From Methanobacteriota archaeon (GTDB lineage Archaea; Halobacteriota; Bog-38; Methanoflorentales; Methanoflorentaceae): 64,000 bases of DNA. The notes below the pieces were generated by a model, which worked only from the letters and a program-made list of their open reading frames with translations, had not been told where the DNA came from and did not search any database. The stretch is taken from positions 1,088,001 through 1,152,000 of the forward strand of contig OY970393.1 of the NCBI GenBank assembly GCA_963720465.1. Reading direction: 5' to 3'. A program made the translations under genes and the position numbers. Positions within the stretch are counted from its first letter, which is position 1; each line of letters begins with the position of its first letter. Shown here one piece after another: positions 51,518 through 62,555 of this stretch.

Positions 51518-51700
51518 AGACACGGCTATTTCCACTCATTTTTTTGCACGGGGAACTGCAAGGATGATTTTCCTCCACGTAGTCAAGTGAGCGCGCAATG
51601 TTCAGACCGATCCTCTTTTGCAGATTGAAGGAATAAGCATATGATGAAAATCATACAGTTATAGCGTGACACCTATTTCAGAAAGAGGACGTATTAGGAG

Positions 51701-52672
51701 ATGAACACTCGTCCGAGGGTTGTTATAGTCATTTTAAATTGGAACGGAAAAGAGGATACTGCCAAATGCCTAGACTCCCTGACAGCGATAACGTATCCGA
51801 ACTACACGATACTGGTGGTCGATAACGGTTCCACGGACGGGTCCGTAGAATTCTTAAGTGAGCGGTACTCTCATATTCAAATCGCGAGGAACAATTCAAA
51901 CATAGGATTCGGAGCGGGAAATAACATCGGAATCGAGCTCGCCCTTAGCATGGGGGCGGACTACGTATTGCTACTGAACAATGACACGACGGTAGATGCG
52001 CATTTCCTCGACTATTTGGTGCAGGAAGCCGAAAGGGATCGTCGGATCGGATTCGCCGGACCAAAGATATACCGTCTCTACGAGGGCGAGGCCGCAGAAT
52101 ACGCCGTATGGAAGACGTTCGGATGGAAAAGGATGCCCTTAGATGCTGTGGAGCGGACCACGCTTTTGCATTCTGCAGGCGGTTCGTTTAACGCGTGGCT
52201 CGGAAAAATTCGCCATAGAGGCGCGGCGGAGTTTGATGTGGGCCAGTACGATGAACAAAAAGTAGTCGATTTCGTGGAGGGCTCGTGCGTATTAGTGAGG
52301 AGAGACGTAATCAACAGGATCGGGCTACTCGATGCATCGTATTTTACCTATTTGGAAGACGTTGACTGGTGCTTGAGGGGGCAGCGCGCTGGGTATGCAA
52401 CGGTCTTTGTTCCACGAGCTAAGATTTGGCATAAAGGAAGCAAATCCAGTTCCCATGAAAACAGGGTTTATTACTACGCGAGAAACAAGCTGTGGCTAAT
52501 GCAAAAACGAACGACAAAGTTACAGTATGTAGCGTTCCTTTTCAGCTTCTTGTCAATCCAGGCACCGTTAAGTGTTATCCTCATTGCAGGATATCAGAAA
52601 AGAAATAGGGCTGTAGAACTGTTTGCCAAAGGCATAATAGATGGGCTTCGGGGACCCCCACCGAACGGTTAG
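51701..52672 (+). CDS. GT2 glycosyltransferase (rhamnosyltransferase-like)
   Basis: ILNWNG, VDNGSTDGS, GNNIG, LLNND, YLEDVDWC, IWHK, YYYARN. Confidence 0.93.
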   Translation: MNTRPRVVIVILNWNGKEDTAKCLDSLTAITYPNYTILVVDNGSTDGSVEFLSERYSHIQIARNNSNIGFGAGNNIGIELALSMGADYVLLLNNDTTVDAHFLDYLVQEAERDRRIGFAGPKIYRLYEGEAAEYAVWKTFGWKRMPLDAVERTTLLHSAGGSFNAWLGKIRHRGAAEFDVGQYDEQKVVDFVEGSCVLVRRDVINRIGLLDASYFTYLEDVDWCLRGQRAGYATVFVPRAKIWHKGSKSSSHENRVYYYARNKLWLMQKRTTKLQYVAFLFSFLSIQAPLSVILIAGYQKRNRAVELFAKGIIDGLRGPPPNG

Positions 52673-53136
52673 CTCCTCTGTGCGGTGAGTGCGCGATATG
52701 CCGCGAAGATTAGACTTTAACGAGCTTCGCGTCAGCTCACAATGTCTCTCTCGAACTTCTTTGCTGCTCAGTTAAACCGAATACGGACCTCAAGATATTG
52801 TCGGTCGCATTCTGTCAATAACTGGGTGAACGCAGCGCAAAATACAAGTTAGATACACTCTGAAGCTGCGAAAAACATATATTAAGGCCTAAGTAGATTG
52901 TCGCGTACGCTAAATTTCAGTGCGTCGCTACACGACCCCAGTAATAATGCAATTATTATGGCCATCATAATTTCCCCGACCCTGTGGGTGATTTCTGCCC
53001 TCATGCGGCTTTCCATTTGAATAACAACGTAGGCTCATCGGTTGACGTGACACAACGACAAACAGACAATCGGGGCACCGTACAGAGGGCCTCATACAAG
53101 ACGCCACCCTATGTCACGAACTGGCAAGAGGTTAGC

Positions 53137-54072
53137 GTGGTCAAGGTAAGCGCAATAATACCGACATACAACAGGGCACACCTTGTTGGGAGGAGTATTG
53201 AAAGCGCCTTAAACCAGACACATTTGAATCTTGAAATATTGGTTGTAGATGACGGGTCTACCGATGAGACGTTCGACTCTGTGATGCCTTTCCTGCAACA
53301 CCCGCACGTGCAGTATTTTCGCCACGAAAAAAGAAGGGGGCATCAAGCCGCACGCAATACTGGAATAAAAAACGCAAGCGGGGAGTATATCGCATTTCTG
53401 GACTCTGACGACACTTGGATTCCTAAAAAAATAGAATTACAGTTAGCTGCAATGGCCGAGAGAGGGCCGCGTTGTGTTGCGCTGACTGCCATGTGGTGGA
53501 TTACAGATGATCCTTCAAAAAAGACGAAGTACTTGAAGAAATACGAAGGGCACGTTTATCCACAAATGCTTGCTGAACCCGGGCCAAATTTTTGTTGCAT
53601 GTTGGTGCCAGCCGAATGCCTCAAAGAAATTGGCTTTCTAGACGAAAGCACTCTCGCGCTTGCCGATTGGGATACTTGTATATCCCTCTCGCGGCTCTAC
53701 GAATTCACGACGGTCGATGAACCGTGCACGATATATTACGGAAATCAGCCAGATTCCATCTCCAAAAATGCGCTCGTAAAAGCGCTCGGCTGGAAACACA
53801 TCGTGGAAAAGAATCAGAGCGACATGCTCCGATTCGTGGGACGACGGGGTTTAGCGAGACACCTTAGGATAATTGCATTCCTTTTTGATGCCGGAGGCGA
53901 CTTCGCCCGCTGCAAAGAGTATATGCTGAAAGCGTTCAGAACTAATGACAAAAACCCAGCGATGTTTCTCTTAGCTTTGTCAACGTTGTTCGGAGAAAGA
54001 GTGTTTCATTTCGTTAAGCGTGCGGCCGCACCCTTCTACGAGCGTTTGCTCGTCACGCCATCAGGAATTTGA
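53137..54072 (+). CDS. GT2 glycosyltransferase
   Basis: IIPTYNR, VDDGSTD, AARNTG, FLDSDD; GAGGT precedes GTG 53137. Confidence 0.92.
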   Translation: MVKVSAIIPTYNRAHLVGRSIESALNQTHLNLEILVVDDGSTDETFDSVMPFLQHPHVQYFRHEKRRGHQAARNTGIKNASGEYIAFLDSDDTWIPKKIELQLAAMAERGPRCVALTAMWWITDDPSKKTKYLKKYEGHVYPQMLAEPGPNFCCMLVPAECLKEIGFLDESTLALADWDTCISLSRLYEFTTVDEPCTIYYGNQPDSISKNALVKALGWKHIVEKNQSDMLRFVGRRGLARHLRIIAFLFDAGGDFARCKEYMLKAFRTNDKNPAMFLLALSTLFGERVFHFVKRAAAPFYERLLVTPSGI

Positions 54073-54553
54073 CGGGCATTGTCGCCAGCACCCCGCACCG
54101 GCTCAGCCGTTTAACGCTGCGCGCGGAGGGCACTACGAAACTGCCAACCGTGACGTCTCCATAACACAATACGAGTCGGAAGGGGAGCGCGGGGCACTAG
54201 AAAACTGCCACTACGCAACATGCTCATACCACTCTATTTGCGTCAGATGAGCCTGACTCTGCCCACGCGGGAGTGGCGAATAATCAGATTCTGCGTCACG
54301 GTCGTTTTCCCGTTGCGAGTCCAACTGAGTCGGAATCCGTGCTCACGCCTGTGCAATGTAGACCAGCTCCTGCGACAGGCTTCACAACTGGTCAGTCATC
54401 GCGGTCTCCGCCGACTTTCAGAAGCTTAACGCTCAGGCCATCTCTACGCTCAAAGACGTCTTAACGAAGCTTATTGCTGAAAAAAAGACTCCTGAGTGTC
54501 CGTGGCGACTGTATCATCCAAGAGCTTCAACTTCGAGCACTTTTTCTGTCTCG

Positions 54554-55522
54554 TCATCTTTTCTGTCCAAGAACAAAAAAGTACTCTGGTCTAAGGACGC
54601 GACAACGTATTAGCACAGAGTCTAAAACTAGCAGAGTCTTGATGAGGGCCCATCGATGCCTGTAGGTAGGTCGAATTTTCACATATGTGGCGCCATTTAG
54701 ACTTAAATACCGTTTCAGCTTCAACACTTTGAAATTAGCGATCACGCTCTTTAGTATATTCTCACCAGAAATATCTTCAAATGGCGAAACTAACATATCC
54801 GAATTGGTTGTTGGATTTGAGCCATTGCTTTCCTTTTCATCATTGTTTGTGTCTTGCAGTAGTATTCGGAGCCTTATCAGCGCCGTTTTAGACTTCTTTA
54901 AGAAGCTTTCGCTTGTCGGCAGCATAAACAACAACACATAAGAGGTAACCCCAGCAAAAAAACGCTCTTTTTTACTAGCGGCGGCGTGGTCGTGAACGAT
55001 GAAAAACCCGCCAGACTTCAGAGAAGTCTTCACCTCTGAAATCAAGTGATTGATGTCAGCTATATGGTGGAGACCATCCCATACAAAAACAACATCATAT
55101 CTCTCTTTTGGAAGTGTCACCTTATTAAGATCCCCAACAACCAAATCAATGGACCCATCGAAGCTCAGTCCTGCCTGGTATCCCTTGCCAACTTCAATGA
55201 CTTCAGGTGAAATATCAATCCCAGTGACGTGTGCCCCTCGCCGTGCGACCTCGAGCGCTAATTTGCCAGGACCACAACACAGCTCAAGAACGTCCCTTCC
55301 TGGTTTTGAGCAACATACGTTGATTATTTTGGAGATAAAGCCCCCTCTAACAAAAGCTTCAACTTCGCTGTCGTCCAAGAGTTTTTCTGATTCTTTGCGT
55401 CTATATCTAATCTGCAAGTCAGGGAGAACACCAGCGTCTAACTTCTCTTTCGCGCTCATTCCCCAGTACATTGCCTCCTGTCCGGCCAATTCATCGTAGT
55501 TTTTTTCATCCGCTATTGGCAA
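54554..55522 (-). CDS. Class I SAM-dependent methyltransferase
   Basis: VLELCCGPG, GIDIS, GDL, LHH, LKSGG, SPFED. Confidence 0.88.
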   Translation of the reverse strand: MPIADEKNYDELAGQEAMYWGMSAKEKLDAGVLPDLQIRYRRKESEKLLDDSEVEAFVRGGFISKIINVCCSKPGRDVLELCCGPGKLALEVARRGAHVTGIDISPEVIEVGKGYQAGLSFDGSIDLVVGDLNKVTLPKERYDVVFVWDGLHHIADINHLISEVKTSLKSGGFFIVHDHAAASKKERFFAGVTSYVLLFMLPTSESFLKKSKTALIRLRILLQDTNNDEKESNGSNPTTNSDMLVSPFEDISGENILKSVIANFKVLKLKRYLSLNGATYVKIRPTYRHRWALIKTLLVLDSVLIRCRVLRPEYFFVLGQKR

Positions 55523-55779
55523 TCTGCACCTCGCTCCGGCTCGTCGGCGACCACTCTACGTGGGCCTCAATATAGGTTTTTCGCTGCTTCGGAGTATCTC
55601 TGGCAAGCATTTTAAGTTTGCGTGGCTACGCGTAAAAACGGGAAAAATTTTGATCGCGAGCATCCCTGCTATTACTTTCGCTACTACTCATCGGTTTAAT
55701 AATCGGCGCGCCGCAATCTAGTTACCGCATATGGATTGTAATAGATACTCGCAGCCGACTCGTTGTTATCAACTAGGTA

Positions 55780-55932
55780 ACCGCGTCGCATCGGTCGCCA
55801 CTGTCGTCACGTTGTTCCACGTGGCGTTGTCGGGAGAGCGCTGCAGAGTAATGTTCGCTCCCGAAACGCCTAAAGTACCCATGCTCAGCGTGCCGTGGAT
55901 GATGAAGTTTTGGTTGATAAACGCCGTCGTGT
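55780..55932 (-). pseudogene. Orphan Ig-like surface-protein repeat fragment
   Basis: TTAFINQNFIIHGTLSMGTLGVSGANITLQRSPDNATWNNVTTVATDAT; no start or signal peptide. Confidence 0.55.
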
Positions 55933-56101
55933 GAGCTATACGGCAAAGCTAAGAAATCAGTCGCCAAGCTTTCCGTGAACTCGTTAAAATCGGCCGATGA
56001 ATCGCTGACGAACGAGAGATGGGCAGAAAAGAAATCATGTAACCATTATCGCGAAAAAAATTAAACAGTCTCATCCGATTACTGTCTTTCAAGCTTTCAA
56101 A

Positions 56102-56822
56102 TCAAACCGACTTTTTCGTCAGGCGTCTCGGGGCCAACAACAGCACCATCCTCAGCGCCTTGACAATCTCGTTCCTGGAGATCTTTGAGGCCCCCATGCG
56201 GCGGTCTTGGAAAATGATAGACACCTCGCCAACCTTCCAACCACGTCGTTCGACTCTGAAAAGCATTTCGAACAAGAAAGAATAGCCGCTCGATTTGATG
56301 CTATCTAGATCCAGGCTCTCTAATGCCTGGCGGCGATAACAACGAAAACCTGCCGTCGTATCGTGGGCGTGCAGCCCCAGTAGCACGCGCGTGATCGTAT
56401 TCGCGCTCCAGCTGAGCACCTTGCGATCCAGAGTCTGCGTGGAGCCCCCACCGCGCACGTAGCGCGAGCCGATGACGAGATCGTACCCCTGGTTGATTTT
56501 GTCCACGATATAGGGAACACAGCGTGGGTTGTGGGAAAAATCGGCGTCCATCGAACAGACGAGATCAGCTCCTTCAGCCAGCGCCTCTTTAAAGCCGGCG
56601 ATGTAAGCTGTGCCAAGCCCCAACTTGCCAGGACGGTGAATGACACTCACTCGCCCGACATTTTCCATCGCCAACCGGTCAGCGATTTCGCCGGTGCCGT
56701 CGGGAGAGTTGTCGTCCACCACAATGATGCGCACGCTCGTCGGCAGAGCGAGTAACTGGGTCGCCAGGGACTCGATATTCTCTTTTTCGTTATAAGTCGG
56801 AACGATAACAGAGACCTGCATA
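56102..56822 (-). CDS. Polyprenol-monophosphate-sugar synthase (DPM1-like GT2)
   Basis: VPTYNE, VDDNSPDGTG, KLGLGTAYIAGF, MDADFSH, GSRY, DTTAGFRCY, GYSF..E. Confidence 0.93.
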
Positions 56823-56883
56823 GTCACCTTGGATAGCAACAAGAACGCAACGCCTAAGTATCTAACCCGAATCCTTTTGCTCA

Positions 56884-58416
56884 ATGGAAGTAACTCGGCG
56901 GCTTTTAACGAGAAACTATCTAATCTTGTTGGCCATTGTGATCATCGGGTTATTTCTCAGAGTTTATTGTTTGGGGGCCTCAAACCTCTTTGTGGATGAA
57001 GCGGTTTCCATTTATATCGCTAAACTGAGTTTATCTCAACTGCTACAGACGCAAGCACAGTTGGACTTAAATCCCCCCCTTTACGCTTTTGTGTTGCATT
57101 ACTGGATGGTCTTATTTGGCGATTCCGAGTTTTCCGTCAGATTCTTATCGGTTGTATTCGGGACGCTCGCAATACCGATGACCTTCGTGGTCGGCCGCCA
57201 GCTCTTTGACGAGGAGGTGGGGCTGCTGGGTGCGCTTATTCTCGCGGTGTCTTCGTTCAACGTTCAGTTTTCACAAACAGCGCGGATGTACAGCCTGATG
57301 CTGCTGCTAGCACTTCTTTCTATGTACTTTTTCTTAAGCTTCTTGCGTCGAAATACTCTTTCGATCTCAGTTGGTTATGTCCTTGCAACAACGCTGTTGC
57401 TATACACCCACGTTTACGGTGTGTTCGTCCTTCTTGCCCAAAATATCTACTTGATCGGGCTATTCCTCCTCGCAACAGAGAAGATAGTTCGGCTTCGGCA
57501 GTGGATTGTTTTGCAGGCAATCGTTGTCGGACTCTTTGCTGCATGGATTCCTGTTTTGGTGAGCCATATAACAGTCGTGCAGAGCGGGTTTTGGGTACCA
57601 CCGCCGGCCTTTAGTACATTCTTAGACACGTTTGTTTTATATAGCGGGGGCAGGGTGCTGCTGATTCTTCTTTTTGTGTTAGCCATCTTCTCATTGTTTA
57701 CGCGTAAGAAGGTAAACGGTTCTGCGGATTGGAAACCGCGCTTGCAACTTTTTAAGAATCATTTACGCAATGTCCATCTAACGAATAAAGAACAGGTGAC
57801 CTTCCTATTAGTGTGGCTGCTAGCAGTCACCGCGCTACCGTTTGTCGTCTCTCATTTTTCAACATCGTTTTACGTTCAGAGATACACTATCGCCGCTTCA
57901 GTGGCTCTCTACTTGCTCGCCGCTAGCGGATTAAGAAAGATCAACTGGAGCTACGCTAAGGTAGCAGTAATCGCAGTAATTATCGTATTATCTGCAGTAA
58001 ATTTGCAGCAATACTATAGTCAGGTCACTACGCAAGTCATAAACGGACAACCGCAGGACGCGTTCAACCTCGTCGATAAAAATGTCAAAAGTGGGGACGT
58101 TGTGATTCTTTTTCCAGGATATACGAAATTTATCTGGGACTATTACGAAACAGGGACAAATGTCAATGCCACGCCATTTCTCTCGGTGGAGTATTATTCG
58201 ATGTCTTGGACATTCAAAAACACTGACATCAAAGAGCTCCAGTCAGACGTTAAAGGCCATGATCGGGTTTGGTTCGTAAGCCCTCCCGAGGGGCCTTCGT
58301 CCATTTATTATCCCCTATACGATCAGGCATTGAAAACTTTAAATGAGTCATATAAAAGCACTTACTCTGCAAGCTATTTGGGTTATGATGTGCGTCTCTT
58401 CGAAAGCCGCAGTTGA
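56884..58416 (+). CDS. GT-C (GT39/PMT_2-like) membrane glycosyltransferase
   Basis: LRVY.LG..LFVDE, NPPLY, SEFSVR, ARMYSL, YTH, RY; many TM segments. Confidence 0.9.
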   Translation: MEVTRRLLTRNYLILLAIVIIGLFLRVYCLGASNLFVDEAVSIYIAKLSLSQLLQTQAQLDLNPPLYAFVLHYWMVLFGDSEFSVRFLSVVFGTLAIPMTFVVGRQLFDEEVGLLGALILAVSSFNVQFSQTARMYSLMLLLALLSMYFFLSFLRRNTLSISVGYVLATTLLLYTHVYGVFVLLAQNIYLIGLFLLATEKIVRLRQWIVLQAIVVGLFAAWIPVLVSHITVVQSGFWVPPPAFSTFLDTFVLYSGGRVLLILLFVLAIFSLFTRKKVNGSADWKPRLQLFKNHLRNVHLTNKEQVTFLLVWLLAVTALPFVVSHFSTSFYVQRYTIAASVALYLLAASGLRKINWSYAKVAVIAVIIVLSAVNLQQYYSQVTTQVINGQPQDAFNLVDKNVKSGDVVILFPGYTKFIWDYYETGTNVNATPFLSVEYYSMSWTFKNTDIKELQSDVKGHDRVWFVSPPEGPSSIYYPLYDQALKTLNESYKSTYSASYLGYDVRLFESRS

Positions 58417-58541
58417 GTTCTAGATTCAGCGCTTCAAGCAATAACTTTTTGAGGACGAATGGGTGCTTTGCATGCTATTTGTGCTCAGTAGCGAGAGCCG
58501 AATCATAATAATTAAGTAAGCAGCGCCGCTATGCACCCACT

Positions 58542-58803
58542 ATGTTAGCAGCGCGTTATTACCCAAATCTTCATCCTGATTTTGCGAAGCCAAACCACAA
58601 GCTGTTCGAGATTCACCGTAGCAAAATCTCGCTTTACGGTGCTCGAGCCGATTACAGCTACCTTTCAATACGATTGCCGCGTTCTCAGCGCTTGCCGGGC
58701 TGTCAACGAAAATCTTTCAAACCGTGCACGAAGGGGCGGTTGCATTTCTTGTTGTGATCTCGCCCGGTTGCACGTTAGCTGCAAACCGTTCAGAAAAACT
58801 AGT
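58542..58803 (+). pseudogene. Frameshifted small hypothetical gene
   Basis: HKLFEIHRSKISLY.ARADYSYLSIRLP / frameshift / FSALAGLSTKIFQTVHEGAVAFLVVISP. Confidence 0.45.
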
Positions 58804-59124
58804 TATAGGGAACACAGCGTGGGTTGTGGGAAAAATCGGCGTCCATCGAACAGACGAGATCAGCTCCTTCAGCCAGCGCCTCTTTAAAGCCGGCGATGTA
58901 AGCTGTGCCAAGCCCCAACTTGCCAGGACGGTGAATGACACTCACTCGCCCGACATTTTCCATCGCCAACCGGTCAGCGATTTCGCCGGTGCCGTCGGGA
59001 GAGTTGTCGTCCACCACAATGATGCGCACGCTCGTCGGCAGAGCGAGTAACTGGGTCGCCAGGGACTCGATATTCTCTTTTTCGTTATAAGTCGGAACGA
59101 TAACAGAGACCTGCATAGTCACCT
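58804..59124 (-). repeat. 321-bp direct duplicate of the 5' half of the DPM1-like gene (truncated copy)
   Basis: No difference seen from 56509-56829 by inspection; ORF stops after PRCVPYN. Confidence 0.95.
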
Positions 59125-59234
59125 ACACTCTCTACTGACATTTTGTCTCGATTTCTGTCTTTGCCTTATCTTATCATAGTAGGCTGTATCCGCGAGTTTG
59201 CCGCTAAATCAGAACGGTGGCTTGACTGACCCCC

Positions 59235-59325
59235 TACTACTGTAAAATATTTTTCTGGCAGGATAATAACGCACTCAACCAAGTCATTATCAACCACCTT
59301 CTATCGAATTACCTCTTCCTCCCGA
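59235..59325 (-). pseudogene. Possible type I R-M HsdM remnant
   Basis: REEEVIR*KVVDNDLVECVIILPEKYF resembles the HsdM segment E..IR..LVE.VI.LP..LF. Confidence 0.4.
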
Positions 59326-59640
59326 ACTAGCAACGGGTTTAACATAATTGAAACGCGAAGGCAAATAATGAAAGTGCGGCTTCCGCTAGGGTTAAACAAA
59401 GTATCCAGGCAATCCAGATAACAATCTATGGGCCTCCACGCCGGGCTTTATCCAAGCGTTTGCAGGGACTATCCATATTATGGAGGGCAGCGCAGAGCTT
59501 GGCCACTGTTGGCTTGTGAAGATGCACCCAATCGCGCAGTATAACAATATTGTCAACGTGCGACGGCGGAGTTTTTAACTGTTGAACAATTCTACGCCTC
59601 CGATCCGCTCTCTTTCCTTGCCAAGTTATAATGCTTGGGC

Positions 59641-59650
59641 TTTTTATATA
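59641..59650 (+). promoter_or_regulatory. TATA box of the GT-C gene
   Basis: TTTTTATATA ending 23 nt before ATG 59674 (leaderless spacing). Confidence 0.55.
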
Positions 59651-59673
59651 ACCCAGTTATCTTCCTGTGTTGT

Positions 59674-61338
59674 ATGAAGAGGGCGAAAAGCGAAACGTTG
59701 GCGCGACTTTCGCACGTAAGCCAAAGTTATTGGCCTATCTTCATACTTTTTGGAACGTTTTTCGCGTATCTGCTAGCGACTAGCCGACTTGGGATGAATG
59801 TCTACGATGAAGGGCTTGCCCTTCTGGGAGCTCAGAACGTCCTCGAGGGGCAAATCCCATATCGAGACTTTTTTGCCGTTTATCCGCCTGGCAGTTTCTA
59901 TTTTGATGCAGTGTTGTTCCAGGTTTTTGGCACTTCCATTTTAATAGTGCGAATAGCAGACTCCATCGTTACATTATTGGCCGTCATATGCACATTTTTG
60001 ATTACTAAGCACATCACTGCCCAAAAATACGCCGCCGTATCTTCGATCCTAGCGATCGGCGCCCTTATATGGGGTGGGAGCCTGCTGAGCCCACCCGTAT
60101 TATTTGGATTGGTCGCCTGCATCTACCTTTTCCATCTGCGCACCTACGATAGAACTCGGGATGTGCTGGTCCTCGGACTCATTACCGCTTTTTCTCTCCT
60201 TTTTCGAGTTGACTTCGGGTTATACTTGTTTATTGCACTCAGCACGATCCTGATTCTGTGCAACTATTCAGAGGCAATGTTGGTTTCCAGGCCAAAAGAA
60301 AGACTCTATAAAGTTGTGAAAGTGTGGAGCATCTACGTTTCTGGAGTTCTGATTATCGCGGCGCCGGTACTGATTTTGATTCTGCGTGTGGTCCCTCTGC
60401 AAGATCTCATTTACCAATTCATTGTATTTCCTCGATCTATTTACCCGGCGTTTCGCTCGCTACCGCCGCCGTCACCTTTCTCCGGTAGTGGAACGCTTCG
60501 CGCGTCCTTTTACTTTCCAATCTTTGTCTATGTAGCCACTGCTTTATGGCTGGGTGCTCAAGCGATACGACACAAAGCGAAGCTGAATGAACAATCGAAA
60601 CCTCTCTTTTTGCTCCTGTTCGGCGCACTCGTCTTTATATATGGAAGCGTCCGGACAAGTGTTGGTCACTTAGTCCCGACGTTGATTATTGCAGTTATTT
60701 TATTCTCGTGGCTAGTTTTCAGTTTCATCGAGAAGATGCGACCTACCGTGAAGCGAAAAACTATTCACGCCCTCGTCCCGGCCGTAAATCTAACCTATCT
60801 ATTTACAATAATGCTCGTCTCGTTGTTTTTGTTGAGTTCCGCCCTCCCGGCGCTCAATCCAGCTCAACGAGGCTTGGTCGCATTAGACATGAACCGGGCA
60901 CACGGGATATACATAAGCGCCGACGAGGCACGCAACCTAACCGAGGCGGTTGCGTATATTCAGGCTCACGTTCCAAAAAATCAAACAATCTTCGTAGGCA
61001 ACACGCAGCACGAACAGATTTTTGTTAATAACGTCATGTTCTACTTCTTAGCAGAACGTGCAAGTGCCACAAAATATTATGATTTAGAGCCAGGCGTGGC
61101 GACGACCGCTGCAATTCAAAACCAGATAATCAACGACATAGCCGAGCATGGTACCAAGTATGTTGTTCTCTGGAGTGGGGCAGCCGCGACTGCTAAGGAG
61201 CCAAACCAAAGTCAATATAAAAGTGGAGTCAAAAACTTAGACGACTACATTAAGACGAACTTTGTTCCGGTCAAGCACTACGGAGACTACACAATATATG
61301 CACGGGCCGATAGCGCTGGTAGCGCTGTCTCTGCATAG
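59674..61338 (+). CDS. GT-C-like membrane glycosyltransferase
   Basis: YDEG, GQIPYRDFFAVYPPG, FRVDFG, FYFLAER; many TM segments. Confidence 0.82.
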   Translation: MKRAKSETLARLSHVSQSYWPIFILFGTFFAYLLATSRLGMNVYDEGLALLGAQNVLEGQIPYRDFFAVYPPGSFYFDAVLFQVFGTSILIVRIADSIVTLLAVICTFLITKHITAQKYAAVSSILAIGALIWGGSLLSPPVLFGLVACIYLFHLRTYDRTRDVLVLGLITAFSLLFRVDFGLYLFIALSTILILCNYSEAMLVSRPKERLYKVVKVWSIYVSGVLIIAAPVLILILRVVPLQDLIYQFIVFPRSIYPAFRSLPPPSPFSGSGTLRASFYFPIFVYVATALWLGAQAIRHKAKLNEQSKPLFLLLFGALVFIYGSVRTSVGHLVPTLIIAVILFSWLVFSFIEKMRPTVKRKTIHALVPAVNLTYLFTIMLVSLFLLSSALPALNPAQRGLVALDMNRAHGIYISADEARNLTEAVAYIQAHVPKNQTIFVGNTQHEQIFVNNVMFYFLAERASATKYYDLEPGVATTAAIQNQIINDIAEHGTKYVVLWSGAAATAKEPNQSQYKSGVKNLDDYIKTNFVPVKHYGDYTIYARADSAGSAVSA

Positions 61339-61469
61339 TTTGAGGTCGCCAATTTTTAAGCTAAGCAATATTCATATCTTCTTCAGCACGGTCTTTCTTG
61401 AAGTCGCTAGTTGATTACTAACTATCAAGATTTCAACCACTAGTCTTGCTCTGCTATCCACATTCTGGT

Positions 61470-61820
61470 TTTGCGCGTTTAGAGAACGATATTCTGTTGT
61501 CGACTCAAGCCACGTGCTTAAAGCCGGCAACGGCGTAGCACATGAGTACTTGGAAATACTTCTGAGACTTAATAAAGGGGATTGTTCACGCGCACGATTT
61601 TTTTTCTCCCGGCCGAGTGTCCAAAAGCGTAGTTGTTAGATTCAAATCTTTTCTTCAATGAACAGACGTATTGCAAGCATTTCTCACTTACAAGAAAGGC
61701 TCTGAAGTATTGCAGACGGGTAGTTACATGCACATCTGAATTACCCAGATGCCCTCGAAAAAGCATTTAGCTTATATCAGCTTGCACAGCGATGGCCCGG
61801 GAGCTTTGGGAAGAGAGATG
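61470..61820 (+). pseudogene. Decayed Methyltransf_24-type methyltransferase, C-terminal part
   Basis: Broken frames give ENDIL.VDSSHVLKAG..V.HEYLEIL.RLNKG.VHAHDFFLPAE.P, NEQ..LQAFL, GSYMH, PGSF. Confidence 0.7.
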
Positions 61821-62555
61821 AACCAAAGGCATCGTGTCAAAAAAAATTTTAAGCGAAGCCCACATAGGGCATTCTACGCGTCCGACCAAGATAGCACCGC
61901 CTGGTTCTTTTTGTTATCTGAAAGAGTGCGTAGATATACTTACTTCAGCCAAGAGAATTCACTACGCCCTCATTTTTTCAAGCGACGCCATAACCACGGT
62001 TTTTTTGGCATTATCTTAGTATCAGTAGTCTTGGCTATCATTAGTTTTTTTATGGAGCGCAGTAACGTACCCATCAATAATGGCCTTTCTCAGGTTCGTT
62101 AAATTCGTCGCCGGTAAGCTTCGCATCGATGGTCGGCGCGTCCCTTACTGTGAATATTCTGTCCGCGCCGCTTGATATATTAACGAATTGAAAGAAACGC
62201 TCAGTGTTAAAGACTGGCCGTTAAAACGGTTACTGTAAGATATTCCATAGCACTAGCAGAAGCAAAAGAGGCATTGCACTATTTTTTATATGGCTATTGA
62301 AGTAGCTGATTATGAGCAGCAAACGAAATAAACAAGAACCGACATTTCTACTAAAATGCACGGAAGAGCCTGAGCCGTCGCAATGGAGAGGGACGCTCGA
62401 AGCTTTCGCACTTGACAGCCGTAACAAGCGCTGACGGATCGCTGGATCATCCTAGTTTGTATACGTGTTCAGTTTAAGACTGTCAAAACCGGTAGTCCAC
62501 GAACGCAGCGTTAAACGGATCTGAAAAAAGCGCGAATGCGGGATTTTTAACCAAA

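Noticed and set aside
54073-54550. Hidden gene or RNA in the 480-bp spacer
   Set aside because: No recognisable motif in the frames I read and no convincing structure
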